A DNA stretch of 63,546 nt, counting the filler, from Octopus bimaculoides (taxonomy: Eukaryota): NCBI RefSeq assembly GCF_001194135.2. It is 6 parts of 6 records of this genome, joined end to end, with 100 filler letters (N's around TTAATTAATTAA, not from the genome) between each part and the next. Parts side by side here need not be neighbours in the genome. Positions count along the whole stretch, not along the records: positions 32,771 to 53,054 come from NC_068987.1; 5 more parts are not named here. One strand, given 5' to 3'. A program made the translations under genes and the position numbers. Shown piece after piece: positions 38,642-50,299 of the stretch. Under the pieces are notes generated by a model. The model saw only the letters and a list, made by a program, of their open reading frames with translations. It had not been told where the DNA came from and did no database searches. Numbering within the stretch: position 1 is the first letter of the stretch; each line of letters starts with the position of its first letter.

Positions 38642-40169
38642 AAGCAGAAAGAATAGAGAAAGATGAAAAGGAGAGTGTGACTAGGCAGAAAGAAGAATAT
38701 AAAGAGAGTGAAACGAAGAGATGAATAATGGAGTCATAAAGTGAGGTGGGAAAATAAGAGATATTGAGAATTTGAAAAATCAGGAAACATACAGAAAGAA
38801 ACAGAGAGAGGAATAGTTGGAGAGATAGAGAAAGACAGTGAGAGAGAGGGAGAGAGCGGATGAGAGAAGAAGAGAAACACGAGGGTGAAAACGAAAGAGT
38901 GGAATTCATTGGTAAACTGAAAGATGTCATTTAGTTTACAATTTATATCGTTTGGGGAGTGATAAAGGAAGAGACAAAGATAGAATGAGACGAAGATATA
39001 AAGTGATAAAGTAGGGGAGAGCGAGAGACGTGGCGAGAAAATTAAAGGCGGAGAGGTTGAGAGATTTTGGGTATATAGATTGACATTAATGGATATATGA
39101 AACTACATTTGGGATATTCATAATATCATTAAAAGTTCTCGATGTGTCAATGACAATTAATTAATCTCTCTACAACATTCAACATGGCTGGCCAATGCCG
39201 TTCTCAGGTGGAATCGCCCATCGCTTTTACTCTCGAATTTCGAGCTCATTCAAGAAGACAATACAGCCGCTCGGAAAGCACTGAAATATGATGTTGGCGT
39301 TTGTCTGTCAATGGCGGTAGTGATGTTTGTGGTGTTGGTTGTGGTTGCGGTGGTGAACGGGTGGGAAAAGTGATCACGGTAGTTATGTTCCTGGTTAATA
39401 GCAGCGGTTATACTGTTAATGATAGTGAGTGTAGTTATTAGTGGCTATGGAAGTCGTGGCCGTGATGGTGGTCGTCGTCTCCGTTGTGTGGGATGGTAGT
39501 GGTTGGGGTGATGGTAGAGGCTGTGGCGGAGAGGTCAGTGGTCGAGAGAGATGAGAGAGTAGGGGAAAGGTTAAAATAGAAATGGTGAGGTTTATTTTGT
39601 TAATGATAGCAAGGACAGTTATTGGTGTTTATACAAATGGTTGTCATTGGATGGCAGTGGCTGTGGTGGTGCTGGTGCTGCGGTGATGGCGATGTTAATG
39701 ATTACTGGGAGGGAGCATGGCAGTGGTATTAATGAAGGATTTATTGGTTTCTATAATGGACAATAGCGGCGGCGGGGCTGATGGGGTTTAGCGGTTATCG
39801 TATTAGCGGTTGTTATTAACGTTTATGGTGATTGGGGTTGAGTTGTTGTTTGCATATGCGGCGGGTCTGTTGATGGTGGTGTTAGCGAGAGTTTTGGTAG
39901 CGGTTAGTAGTCGGTATGGTGGCGGGTCAGGGGATTCTACTAATTGGTTATTGATGATGATGATGATGATAATGATGATGATGATGATAATGATGATGAT
40001 GATGCTGGTGATGTTCATGGTAATTGATCTGTTTCTTTTACTTGTATCAGTCATTAGACTGAAGCTTTGTTGGGGAACGGCCTTGAAGAATTTTTAGCCG
40101 AACGAATCGACCCCACCCCCTATGATTATTTGTTGCTATGTCCGGTTTTTGTTATATCGATATCTGTTC

Positions 40170-40515
40170 CCGAACCACTAGTTGACAAGAACTTAAACAC
40201 CCCAGCACTGGTTGTCAAGAGATAGCGGGGGACAAACACAGACGCAGAGACACACACACACACCACAGACACACACGCACAGACACACACACACAGACAC
40301 ACACACACTCACACACACACACACACACACACCCACCCACCCACACACCCACACACGTATATATGACGGACTTCTTCCAGTTTCTGTCTACCAAATCCAC
40401 TCACAAGACTTTGGTCGGGCTGAAATTGTAGTAGAAGACACTTACCCAATATGCTACACAGTGGGACTGAACTTAGAACCACGTGGCTGGGAAGCATTTT
40501 TCTTACCACACAGCA
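40170..40515 (-). mobile_element. SINE family A
   Basis: gacggacttcttccagtttctgtctaccaaatccactcacaagactttggtcggg..cttaccacacagc is the reverse complement of the family A head/body. Confidence 0.85.
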
Positions 40516-40592
40516 TATGATGATTCTTATTAATAAAACAAAAATAACAAATTCTAATATCTCCATGATGTCGACGACAACGACAACAACTC

Positions 40593-40636
<44 letters not shown>

Positions 40637-40725
40637 CAAATATCGTTGAATTCATCATCATTATCCTGATCATGATAACTACCCTCAGTTTGGTCAGTGT
40701 TATAATAAATATGTTGATACTTTTA

Positions 40726-40895
40726 GGCGCAGGAGCAGCTGTGTGGTAAGTAGCTAGGCGCAGGAGTGGCAGAATAAGTACTAGGCTTACAAAGAATAAG
40801 TCCTGGGGTTGATTTGTTCGACTAAATGCGGTGCTCCAGCATGGCCTCAGTCAAATGACTGAAACAAATAAAAGAGTAAAAGAGTAAAAGAGTAA
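40726..40895 (+). mobile_element. SINE family A with internal deletion (head fused to tail)
   Basis: ggcgcaggagcagctgtgtggtaagtagct, then a second ggcgcaggagtggc joined to agaataagtactaggcttacaaag..(GTAAAAGA)n tail. Confidence 0.8.
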
Positions 40896-41870
40896 AAGAA
40901 TAGTAGTAGCGGTACAATAGTTGTATAGGAGAGGATTCTATGGCGTCTGGAGTCGGTGGCGATAATATAGAGGAAGACGATAAAGATATGAACGTGAATA
41001 TATATTTGTATGACAGTGTGTCTATAAGGATTTGTATGAGTAATGTTAGTATGAAAGCCAGTTTCTAAACCCACCCTGTATATTTCTTAGATGAAGCCTT
41101 ATAAAAATAAACATTTATATACCTGCACGCACACACACATCCATATATATATATATATATATCATACATTTTTTTTCTTTATTAACTTGCCCGTATTGAC
41201 CGATCTTTCCTATTAATATATACGCTTGCATTTATTCTCCTCAGCTTCCTTCGCTTTCACCCCCAACTCCTATTCAACATCCTCTCATTCTCATTTTCCT
41301 TTTAGCCCCCTTTTAAATAGAACTCATACTTGACTCAGTACAATTTCATAATTCCAAAAATAACGTTTAAATTATTATTATAATAATCCTAAACTTTTCC
41401 GTTTTCTGAAAGTTTTATTATGTCCAGCATCCATAGTGATTTCTTTGTGGCCGTTCGTACTTCTATTCCTGTGTAATAAGTTAATTCTGTATATTCCATA
41501 TATTTATCTACACCAATTTCTAAACATATGCACTCGCACAAAAGTACAATCACCCAACACGTATAGGCAACACATATATGTGTGTATATGGAAATAGTAG
41601 AAACAACGTACTATGAACATGCATAATGTTATCAAACTGTTATTGTTATAAAAATTAGTTTATAATAACAGGTATAGAGATGTTCTTATATCATTTGCTC
41701 ACTGTTATCATTGCTTTTCAAAAGACACTCGCAATCGGCTCAGAAGAAGTGGTTATCTATGCATGCGTGTATATGCGTGTGTGTGTGCTTGTCTGTTTGT
41801 GTATCTTCGTGACTGTGTGCGTGTATCTGTGTGTGCGTGTATCTGTGTGTGTCGGTGCGTGTATGTCTGA

Positions 41871-41913
<43 letters not shown>

Positions 41914-42120
41914 ATAAATGGATTAAGAACATCTCGAGCGTTCGTCTGCTTTCTATATTTCAATACACTCACCCCCCCCCCNNNNNNNNNNNNNNNNNNN
42001 NNNNNNNNNNNNNNNNNNNNNNNNNNNNNNNNNNNNNNNNNNNNNNNNNNNNNNNNNNNNNNNNNNNNNNNNNNNNNNNNNNNNACATAGTGTTTTATTG
42101 GTGCTGAAAATTGCCCCAAA

Positions 42121-42158
42121 ACTTACTCTGAGTTTCACTTTACTTGTCATCAGACAGA
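42121..42158 (-). ncRNA. eroded hammerhead-like motif
   Basis: Minus strand CTGT-CTGATGA-caagtaaagt-GAAAC tcaga GTA-agt. Core and stem III are intact, stems I and II are poorly paired. AATAAA follows downstream. Confidence 0.3.
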
Positions 42159-43039
42159 AATGGTTTGTTGAACAAAATGGTTTACAATGAGTTTAAATTG
42201 TCCAGTGAGGACTAATTAGTGGATAATCAAATATATTTAAAGATTATTTGACTAGGAATTGTGACATTTGGAATTTAACAAATTCTCGTTGATTATGCAA
42301 TTGATGTTGATTAAAAATGGAAACTTGTATATCAAATAAATAAAATTTGAATAAAATTGCTATGCATTGGTGTAGGGGAAATAGCTTTATTTTCTATTAA
42401 GGAAAATTTATAGGCAAGGGCTGTTATAGTATATAAAAAAAAACAGACGGAGCATGTCGACAATAGAAATTATAATAATAGACGTTGAAAATATAGTAAA
42501 AAAAAACTAGGTAAACAGGTTTTACGAAGAATTATAGAAATTTAATGTAGGAAAAGGAAGCCAACAAGGTTTTGCATAAGAAAGGGTGAGGAGAGAAAAG
42601 CGAGAGCGGTAAAATTGCTGGAATGATATCGATAAAATCTGAAAAAAGTGAGACAGATCTGTTAAAAGATGTTGAAAGAGGTATAACACTTTGATACACT
42701 ACATAATAAACATTAATCGGTGACATCAGTTTCAATAAAATGTAGGCAGAGATGCATAAACACAGGAGAGATGATGCAAGGGTGCCGAAAGCGTATTTCA
42801 GATAGAAAAAAGTAGAGACAAAGAAATACTGATCAAAATTAACAGTGAAAATATGATTTAAAAAACCTGAGAGAACATAAAAAATATCAGGCTGTAACGA
42901 AAGTTCTGTCTGATTTAAAGGTTCAATAAAAGAATTAAAAAAAAACAATATCTGATTTATTAAATCTTTAATATAGTCATCGTTCTTCTCTATGACCTCT
43001 TTTCATCTGTCAGTGTACATTTAAATGCCATATTCATAA

Positions 43040-44130
43040 AATTTCTTATGTTTAGAATTGAGAAAAGAAATTAACTAATTTTCGACTTCTATTCTTCGAG
43101 TTATTCTTAATCCACTCAAATGATTTTGTAAACTTCAAAAGAAATGGTAATGTGTAGGTGCGAGGAAAGGAGAATATTCTGACTGATGCGTAATGCTTCA
43201 GGCATATTTTTCTTGGAGATTTTGGTCTTTTGTGCAGTGTGAAATCAAGCGTTATCATGATGAAGTGTGACTCCTGTTCTTTCCGTTAATGATGGACGTG
43301 TTTGTTGCAAAGATACTTTCAAACGTGTTGCCTACATACATCGTTTGTTATTATTTGATTATTCTCTAGCGGTTCGTGATGAATTATTCTACACACATCC
43401 TACCATACGCTTAGAAGAAACTTCTTTGAACTCAGGCCATTTCTGGGCTGCTGAACTGTCTCGTCACCATAACTGGACCTCTGACGCTTTCGTTTAATAT
43501 TATAGTAAAGTATCCATTTTTTGTATCTCTAGCAATGACTTTATTCAAAATAAGAATTTACAGCTCACAAGATCAAAATGTTTTACAGAAATCGATACTG
43601 TGTTTGCGATTGTCTGCAGAGAGATCATTCGGGACCCATTTTCCAACATTTGAAACTTAACCAAGTATAAAAAAAGAAAAATGAAACGGACAAAACTTTC
43701 GTTAAAACCTGATTGATGGAAACATGCCCTGAAACGGAGAATCCAAAGATTTCAAAGCGAGGTAAATAATTTAAAAATTTAAAAAGACATGAGTGAAAAA
43801 AAGAGTTATTAACATAACATGTGATCATTGAAAAGCCATGAAAAAGTTATAAAAGTTAAGATTCAATCGTATAGGAATGAAATGCAACGGTCAGAAGGAG
43901 CAATTGGCATTCAAGATTTTGGAGAAGGTTGTTTTTAATGACTATCATCACCACATTTGAGGTTTTAGAAGAAGGTACGAAAGTAACATTGATTCTTGGA
44001 GAGTGTTTGAGACTGCTTCTCGTTAATGTTGTTGTTATAAATTTCGATTAACTGTAGGTGTATGGATTTGCTTCACAAATGGTATGATTATTGTCATTTT
44101 TTGCTCTTTGTTTTTGTTAAGATATTTTCG
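43040..44130 (-). mobile_element. decayed, near full-length mariner transposase
   Basis: Minus-strand KCGDDS..; VSNVGKWVPNDLSAD (WVPHEL motif); KKFLLSVW*DV..IIHHE; GVTLHHDNA*FHTA. Many stops; TIRs not identified. Confidence 0.85.
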
Positions 44131-45069
44131 TTTAGTCATATATTTTTAAGCAGTCACTAATGTGATTGTGATGTCGTTGTTTTAGTTGTGGGTAGCAATG
44201 ATATTTGCTACTGTTATTATCATTCTTCTTCTTTGTTTATTGTCATTTTTGTAAATTTTTTATTATTATTATTTATCATTGTTGTTTTCTTTTTATTGCT
44301 TCAGTTCCGGTTTTATTTCTGTTGTTGTTATTGCTGCACATCTATTTTTCTTCTGTGTTTTTTTTCCATATGTTTGTACTGAAAGGTATATAGAGACAAG
44401 AAAGAAAAATAAGAAAAATACAAATAGAAAAAACAAAAAAAATAATCAAAAAACTAAAACGGGTGTCACATGGTTGGTGTAAACAATGCAATGTCTAAAG
44501 CCACTTTGATCTTATTCTCTTCCAATATTGATCATTGCCGAGTTTCTCGGTTGAAAATATCAAAGTGATTTATCCCTATTGTTGCTGGTAACAAGGTTAG
44601 CAGGCCTTGAAACGAAGGTTCGTATCGAACCGCTGCAAGTGTCGCCGCTATCATATCAATCAAACAATCTCTACTTTGTATGATTTTCTTCACAGAACAT
44701 AGGACATCGCCCGTTCTTATCTGTTCATGTCATATATGAGTATGTGTGTATTCGTATGTATATATATATGTATATACATTTATATATATATATGTATATA
44801 TACATATACACATTTATAGATATCTTTATGTGTATGTGTGAGTGAGTCTGTCTGCTTATGTGCTCATCTCACTGTATTTAGCATCCTTTCTGTATCATTG
44901 GCTTGGTATCTAACAGCTTTCATCAACCCGTATGCATGAATATATATATATATATATATATTTATCCAGCTATCTGCTTATTAATTAATTTTATTTATCT
45001 ATTTGCCCAGGTATGTGTCCGTTATTGTAACTCTTTCTCTCTCTGTATCCCCTCTCTCCTTCTCTCTCT

Positions 45070-45113
<44 letters not shown>

Positions 45114-45578
45114 NNNNNNNNNNNNNNNNNNNNNNNNNNNNNNNNNNNNNNNNNNNNNNNNNNNNNNNNNNNNNNNNNNNNNNNNNNNNNNNNNNNNNNN
45201 NNNNNNNNNNNNNNNNNNNNNNNNNNNNNNNNNNNNNNNNNNNNNNNNNNNNNNNNNNNNNNNNNNNNNNNNNNNNNNNNNNNNNNNNNNNNNNNNNNNN
45301 NNNNNNNNNNNNNNNNNNNNNNNNNNNNNNNNNNNNNNNNNNNNNNNNNNNNNNNNNNNNNNNNNNNNNNNNNNNNNNNNNNNNNNNNNNNNNNNNNNNN
45401 NNNNNNNNNNNNNNNNNNNNNNNNNNNNNNNNNNNNNNNNNNNNNNNNNNNNNNNNNNNNNNNNNNNNNNNNNNNNNNNNNNNNNNNNNNNNNNNNNNNN
45501 NNNNNNNNNNNNNNNNNNNNNNNNNNNNNNNNNNNNNNNNNNNNNNNNNNNNNNNNNNNNNNNNNNNNNNNNNNNNNN

Positions 45579-45635
<57 letters not shown>

Positions 45636-45885
45636 TAGATATACTTCAACCTAAATATCCGATTGTCTGTCTGCTTGACTCCTAGTTTACCTCTATCTGT
45701 TTTGTAATCTGTTTTGTAATATGTCCATCAATCTCTTTGTCTATCGATTTGTTTCACTATCGATCGCTCAGTAACTCTGTATGTCGTTCTACAAATACAC
45801 ACATACGCACACGGACGCACACACAGACACAGACACACACTCTTTTACATATATCCAACAATCTATATATGAGTGTATCTCTGTA

Positions 45886-45916
<31 letters not shown>

Positions 45917-46044
45917 TTGTGTGTGCATGTGTATGCGTATAGTGAAATGTAACTCATTCGGAAAGTAATTCCCTTTAAAATTCATGATCTACTGAATTAT
46001 ACCTCCTCGCTATTCAAATGGTTTAAACCCCAGACGGCACTTAC

Positions 46045-46121
46045 CAATCATGTCATAGGCATTATCAAAAGAAAAACATAGGTGTCTATCATACAGGACC
46101 CTGCTGGAAACATCACTTATC
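46045..46121 (-). CDS. candidate internal exon (ISDVSSRVLYDRHLCFSFDNAYDMI)
   Basis: Acceptor attttatgtattgcag|G, donor ATTG|gtaagt. Only one frame is open, and it is in phase with the 46351-46414 candidate. No homology recognised. Confidence 0.35.
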
Positions 46122-46350
46122 CTGCAATACATAAAATATTTTGACTCAATGAGAAGGTCCCTAACTTTTCACTATTTGGCCCTTAATAATCGTTAAATCT
46201 GCTGCATATGAGAGCGTTTTAAGGAATTATCATTACTTTGTTTTTTGACCATCCTTCTTTTTGTTTTGAAGACATCAAAGTCCCATTTCCTTAGCAAGAG
46301 CATTGGTAACAGAAGACAAACTGATGCAGAAACTCCGAGGTTATGATTAC

Positions 46351-46414
46351 ATCTTCCATGCACCTTCATGGATGATGCAAAGTTTCAATGTTACAGACGC
46401 ACATGATGCTGCAA
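46351..46414 (-). CDS. candidate internal exon (AASCASVTLKLCIIHEGAWKM)
   Basis: Acceptor gtttttatttccttag|TT, donor GAT|gtaatc. A 229-nt GT-AG intron joins it in frame to 46045-46121. Confidence 0.3.
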
Positions 46415-47235
46415 CTAAGGAAATAAAAACTTCGCGGGTCTCTTTGTGTTTGCAAAAATCTCGAGACTTGACTTGCGATTGATTTCGGTTGGAAGCAAAG
46501 GATTGCATCTAATACCTACATATGTCAAAAATTACTGTTGCATAGTATTCAGTTGTTCGATCACGCGGACATGTTCATTAAATTAACTTGTAGGAAGCTG
46601 AACATTCATAGGCAGGTGTACTCGTAATATAATTGTTAGTTAGCTTCAATAATACAAAGTGTGACAAGACTGAGCTTTAAAATTGCATGTACAATTCATC
46701 CAACGGGCTTTATTGTTGCCGCCTGTTTAATGTCACCCACATTCTTTGAATCGACCCAAAGTCATCGCAAAACGTCGCTTACCAAAATTGTCACGGAGTG
46801 CGATCGAACACGGAACCTTACCATCGAAAAGTAAAATTCGACTATGGTGTATATATATATCACTAATAATCTGATAAATAATTTTCAAAATGACAAGTCT
46901 GATATTGTTATTTTCACAATCTTAATCTCGTAGATAATCTTCAAAAATGACGGTTTACATTATGACTGCTATACCATTCATTATCTTTAAATTAATCTTC
47001 GAAATAGTTATAATCTTCTCGATGTTCTCTCCCAGAGAGATTCTGGTGTAGTTTATCTTATCTCAACTTTATTTCCGCCATTTCAGGATGCTGGAAATAA
47101 TCAATAACCGTATAGAATTATCTTTATTTTAAGAATTATCTCGCTTTAGGATATATTTTGGAACGTATGTAATCGAGAATCAGGGTGTTTGTATATTGAA
47201 TATATGACTCATTACCAAAGAAGAAGCGAGTTCTT

Positions 47236-47261
47236 GGGTTAGGGTTAGGGTTAGGGTTAGG
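47236..47261 (+). repeat. short interstitial (TTAGGG)n
   Basis: GGGTTAGGGTTAGGGTTAGGGTTAGG. Confidence 0.9.
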
Positions 47262-47560
47262 TCTCATTTTGTGGTATATTGAGAAAGTTTATATTTTTAC
47301 TGCATCTTCGGGTTTGCCTAAATACTGTTTGTAGAATCGAGTTGACGGAAACAGTGGAAGTCCATCTAGTGGGTTGTTACTATAATTGAAAGGTCCAGCC
47401 TGGTGAAACATTACCTCACACAAAATTAATACAACGAATATTTTGAAGATACGCATGTCTGTGGAATACTCAGTTAGTTGCTAAATTAACGAGCTGATAG
47501 TTCAATTGATTTAAAAACTAAATATTGATAGTCCAAACTTAGTGAATGAACTAGTCATCG

Positions 47561-47592
<32 letters not shown>

Positions 47593-47635
47593 GTCGTCGT
47601 CGTCGTCGTCGTTGTCGTCGTCATCATCATCATCA

Positions 47636-47668
<33 letters not shown>

Positions 47669-47804
47669 TCACCAACCACCCAAACAACAAACTAAAGACT
47701 AAGGCAAACATGCAATCCACCCTTGTCGACCCATACAAAACATGCAGCTTGTGTGTAGTGGGTTAGATTTAATCGATTATTCTTCTCTCAACATGCCTAA
47801 ACTT

Positions 47805-47843
47805 GATATGTCTGGTATACTTATAAAGTATACCAGACATATC
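47805..47843. repeat. perfect 18-bp-arm palindrome with 3-nt loop
   Basis: GATATGTCTGGTATACTT-ATA-AAGTATACCAGACATATC. Confidence 0.95.
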
Positions 47844-48065
47844 GATCTCAGAAGAAATGGGTAGAAAAATCCGATTTAGCAAAATTTGTACTCGAAAATA
47901 TTGCAAAAATATGATGTGTCCATTATTACACTGTTGTGTAAAAAGTTGTAACATCTAAGGACACTGACTTAACTATCAGCATTAACTTAGCTATTAACCA
48001 AAATTGAACACTATTTTTTTTTAAAGACAACCTTTTAAAGAGCCAAGTGAAGAAAACGTATATTT

Positions 48066-48510
48066 GTTTTCTTTTATTTGTTTCAGTCCTCTGACTGCAG
48101 CCATGCTGGAGCACCACCTTTAGTTGTATAAATCTACCCCAAGACTTAATGTTTGTAAGCTTAGTACATATTCTATCGTTTTTTTTTGCCGAACCGCTAT
48201 GGTTACGGGGACGTAAACACAACATTATTGGTTATCAACCGATGGTTGGGGACAAACACATACACACAAACAAGGGGACACACACACATACACACATACG
48301 CACACACATACGCACACTCACACAGATACATACACACACACATACGACGGGCTTCTTTAAGTTTCCGTTCACCAAATTCACGCACAAGGCTTTGGTCGGC
48401 TCGAAGCTATAGCAGAAGACACTTGGCCAAGGTGCCACGCAGTGGGAGTGAACCCAGAACCACGTCGTTGGTGAGCAAGCTACTTACCACACAGCCGCAG
48501 CTGCGCCTAT
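48066..48510 (-). mobile_element. SINE family A, full length
   Basis: Complete reverse-complement match to 56193-56920, from the gtttcagtc tail to cttaccacacagccgcagctgcgcc (head). Confidence 0.9.
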
Positions 48511-49763
48511 ATACAAAAACACATTAAACCGTTCCCCTCACACTTGAAATAATAAGTAGGATGATTGTAAGCATTTAACTTGATTATAATCACTGATACA
48601 GCCTAGGCATTCTTATATCTACGGGCACGTTTACTGCATTTCAAAATCCATTATGTATAACTATTTCTCTCTGGACACACTATTGCTTCTCACATTGCAC
48701 ACTATAACCAAATATACTACACAGCTCCACCTTAACGGTCAGCTTCTGACAGCTGAAATTCCCCAAAGTGCACTTTCAAGTGCTCCTGTTTTAAACACTG
48801 CTGTGATGTATCGAGCGTTTATAGGACCCAAGACGGTAAAGTTTGTAATTTCACATCACTCACTGGGAAAATTTTCAATTTGTATAATTATCAGCATTCA
48901 TTCTCATTTAGATCAATAAGGAGATTTCCAGGTAATTGTCTTAAAAAGAACCAAGAACAAAAATGGGATTTAATGTAATGAAACTCCGTCGGTAAAGTTG
49001 GTTACATATCAATGATTTATAAACTGCTGACTTTTTCTAAATTTAAAGTTTCTCATATTAAGAGGATAGAGAAATAACACAATAGCCAGCATGAGAAATT
49101 AATCTGGGACAGTTTTCACAAGCCGGCATATTGAATGCCTACCGATTCAACCGAACAGTATGTTTTTTTTTTACGTAAAATTGTGTCGAAAACTATTCAT
49201 AGTTACACTTCCTTGACTATAGGACTCAACTGGGCTGTTTCCCTTGCACTATCTATCCGTAATGCAACGTTAGTATGCTAACCTCGATTGAAACAGGCGT
49301 TTTGCCTTAATAAATGAGAATATAAAAAGATTCTGTGGACATAGTTTCACAGTGTCATGAAACGAGTCAAACCCTGAGAAGGAAAGGAAAGTTACACCAT
49401 TTGTTTATATATATATATAAAGAACTCAAATATGGGTACAAACTGTTAAATCCACAAAAAAATGATTTTTTCTCTCTGACTCTCTCCACCGAAATTCCTT
49501 CTAATATGTCAAATATTTGATGAGACAAATTCTAAAATATACTTCTGTACTTTTCCAACATTATTTACTTTTTTTTAACTATAAGTTTTGATTTGTATGG
49601 ACTCCAAACCACTTTTCACCNNNNNNNNNNNNNNNNNNNNNNNNNNNNNNNNNNNNNNNNNNNNNNNNNNNNNNNNNNNNNNNNNNNNNNNNNNNNNNNN
49701 NNNNNNNNNNNNNNNNNNNNNNNNNNNNNNNNNNNNNNNNNNNNNNNNNNNNNNNNNNNNNNN

Positions 49764-49799
<36 letters not shown>

Positions 49800-50140
49800 A
49801 AACCATAAAAGCTTGGATATGTTTCGACCAAAGATTGGTCCAGGCCATGTCTATCTTAACAACACCACCTGATAGGATTATCTAAATCCTTTTTAAGTCA
49901 AGTTTTGTGGTATCATAGTCCATTCGAGTAGAGAGTTCTTGTTGAGTGCGTTGTATCCAGGCATAGGTGGCTTATCTGGTATTCTTTGAAGAAATTTGTC
50001 CAGATTTCGTTTAAAGGTGATGGGATGCTTTTCCTCTTTGATCTGTTTTGGGACAATGTTAAATAGGGCAGGGACTGTTGAGGAAAAGAAGTTGTGTTGC
50101 AGTGTATTGATGCGTTGTGACCCTGGATTAGGTAGCGGAC

Positions 50141-50141
<1 letters not shown>
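49800..50141 (-). mobile_element. CR1/L2-type LINE 3' end
   Basis: NFFSSTVPALFNIVPKQIKEEKHPITFKRNLDKFLQRIPDKPPMPGY..NSLLEW* matches the LFN.LP..I..FK..LDKFL..IPD.P..PGY C-terminal pattern, followed by a short 3' UTR. Confidence 0.8.
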
Positions 50142-50183
<42 letters not shown>

Positions 50184-50299
50184 CGCACATGAATATATTA
50201 TAAAAATAAATAAGAACTGTATATGTAGGTGCTTATTTATATATGTGTAGTTATATATTCGCATACACACATGCGGTTCATGCGGTTCATGCGGTTCAT

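Noticed and set aside
42532-42948. Hydrophobic 138-aa minus-strand ORF
   Set aside because: No recognisable motif or splice context; T-rich strand bias explains the lack of stops and the F/L/I/S composition.
49325-49375. CTGTGGA..GAAAC-GA-GTC (plus)
   Set aside because: Stem II would need core bases and stem I has only two pairs; probably chance.
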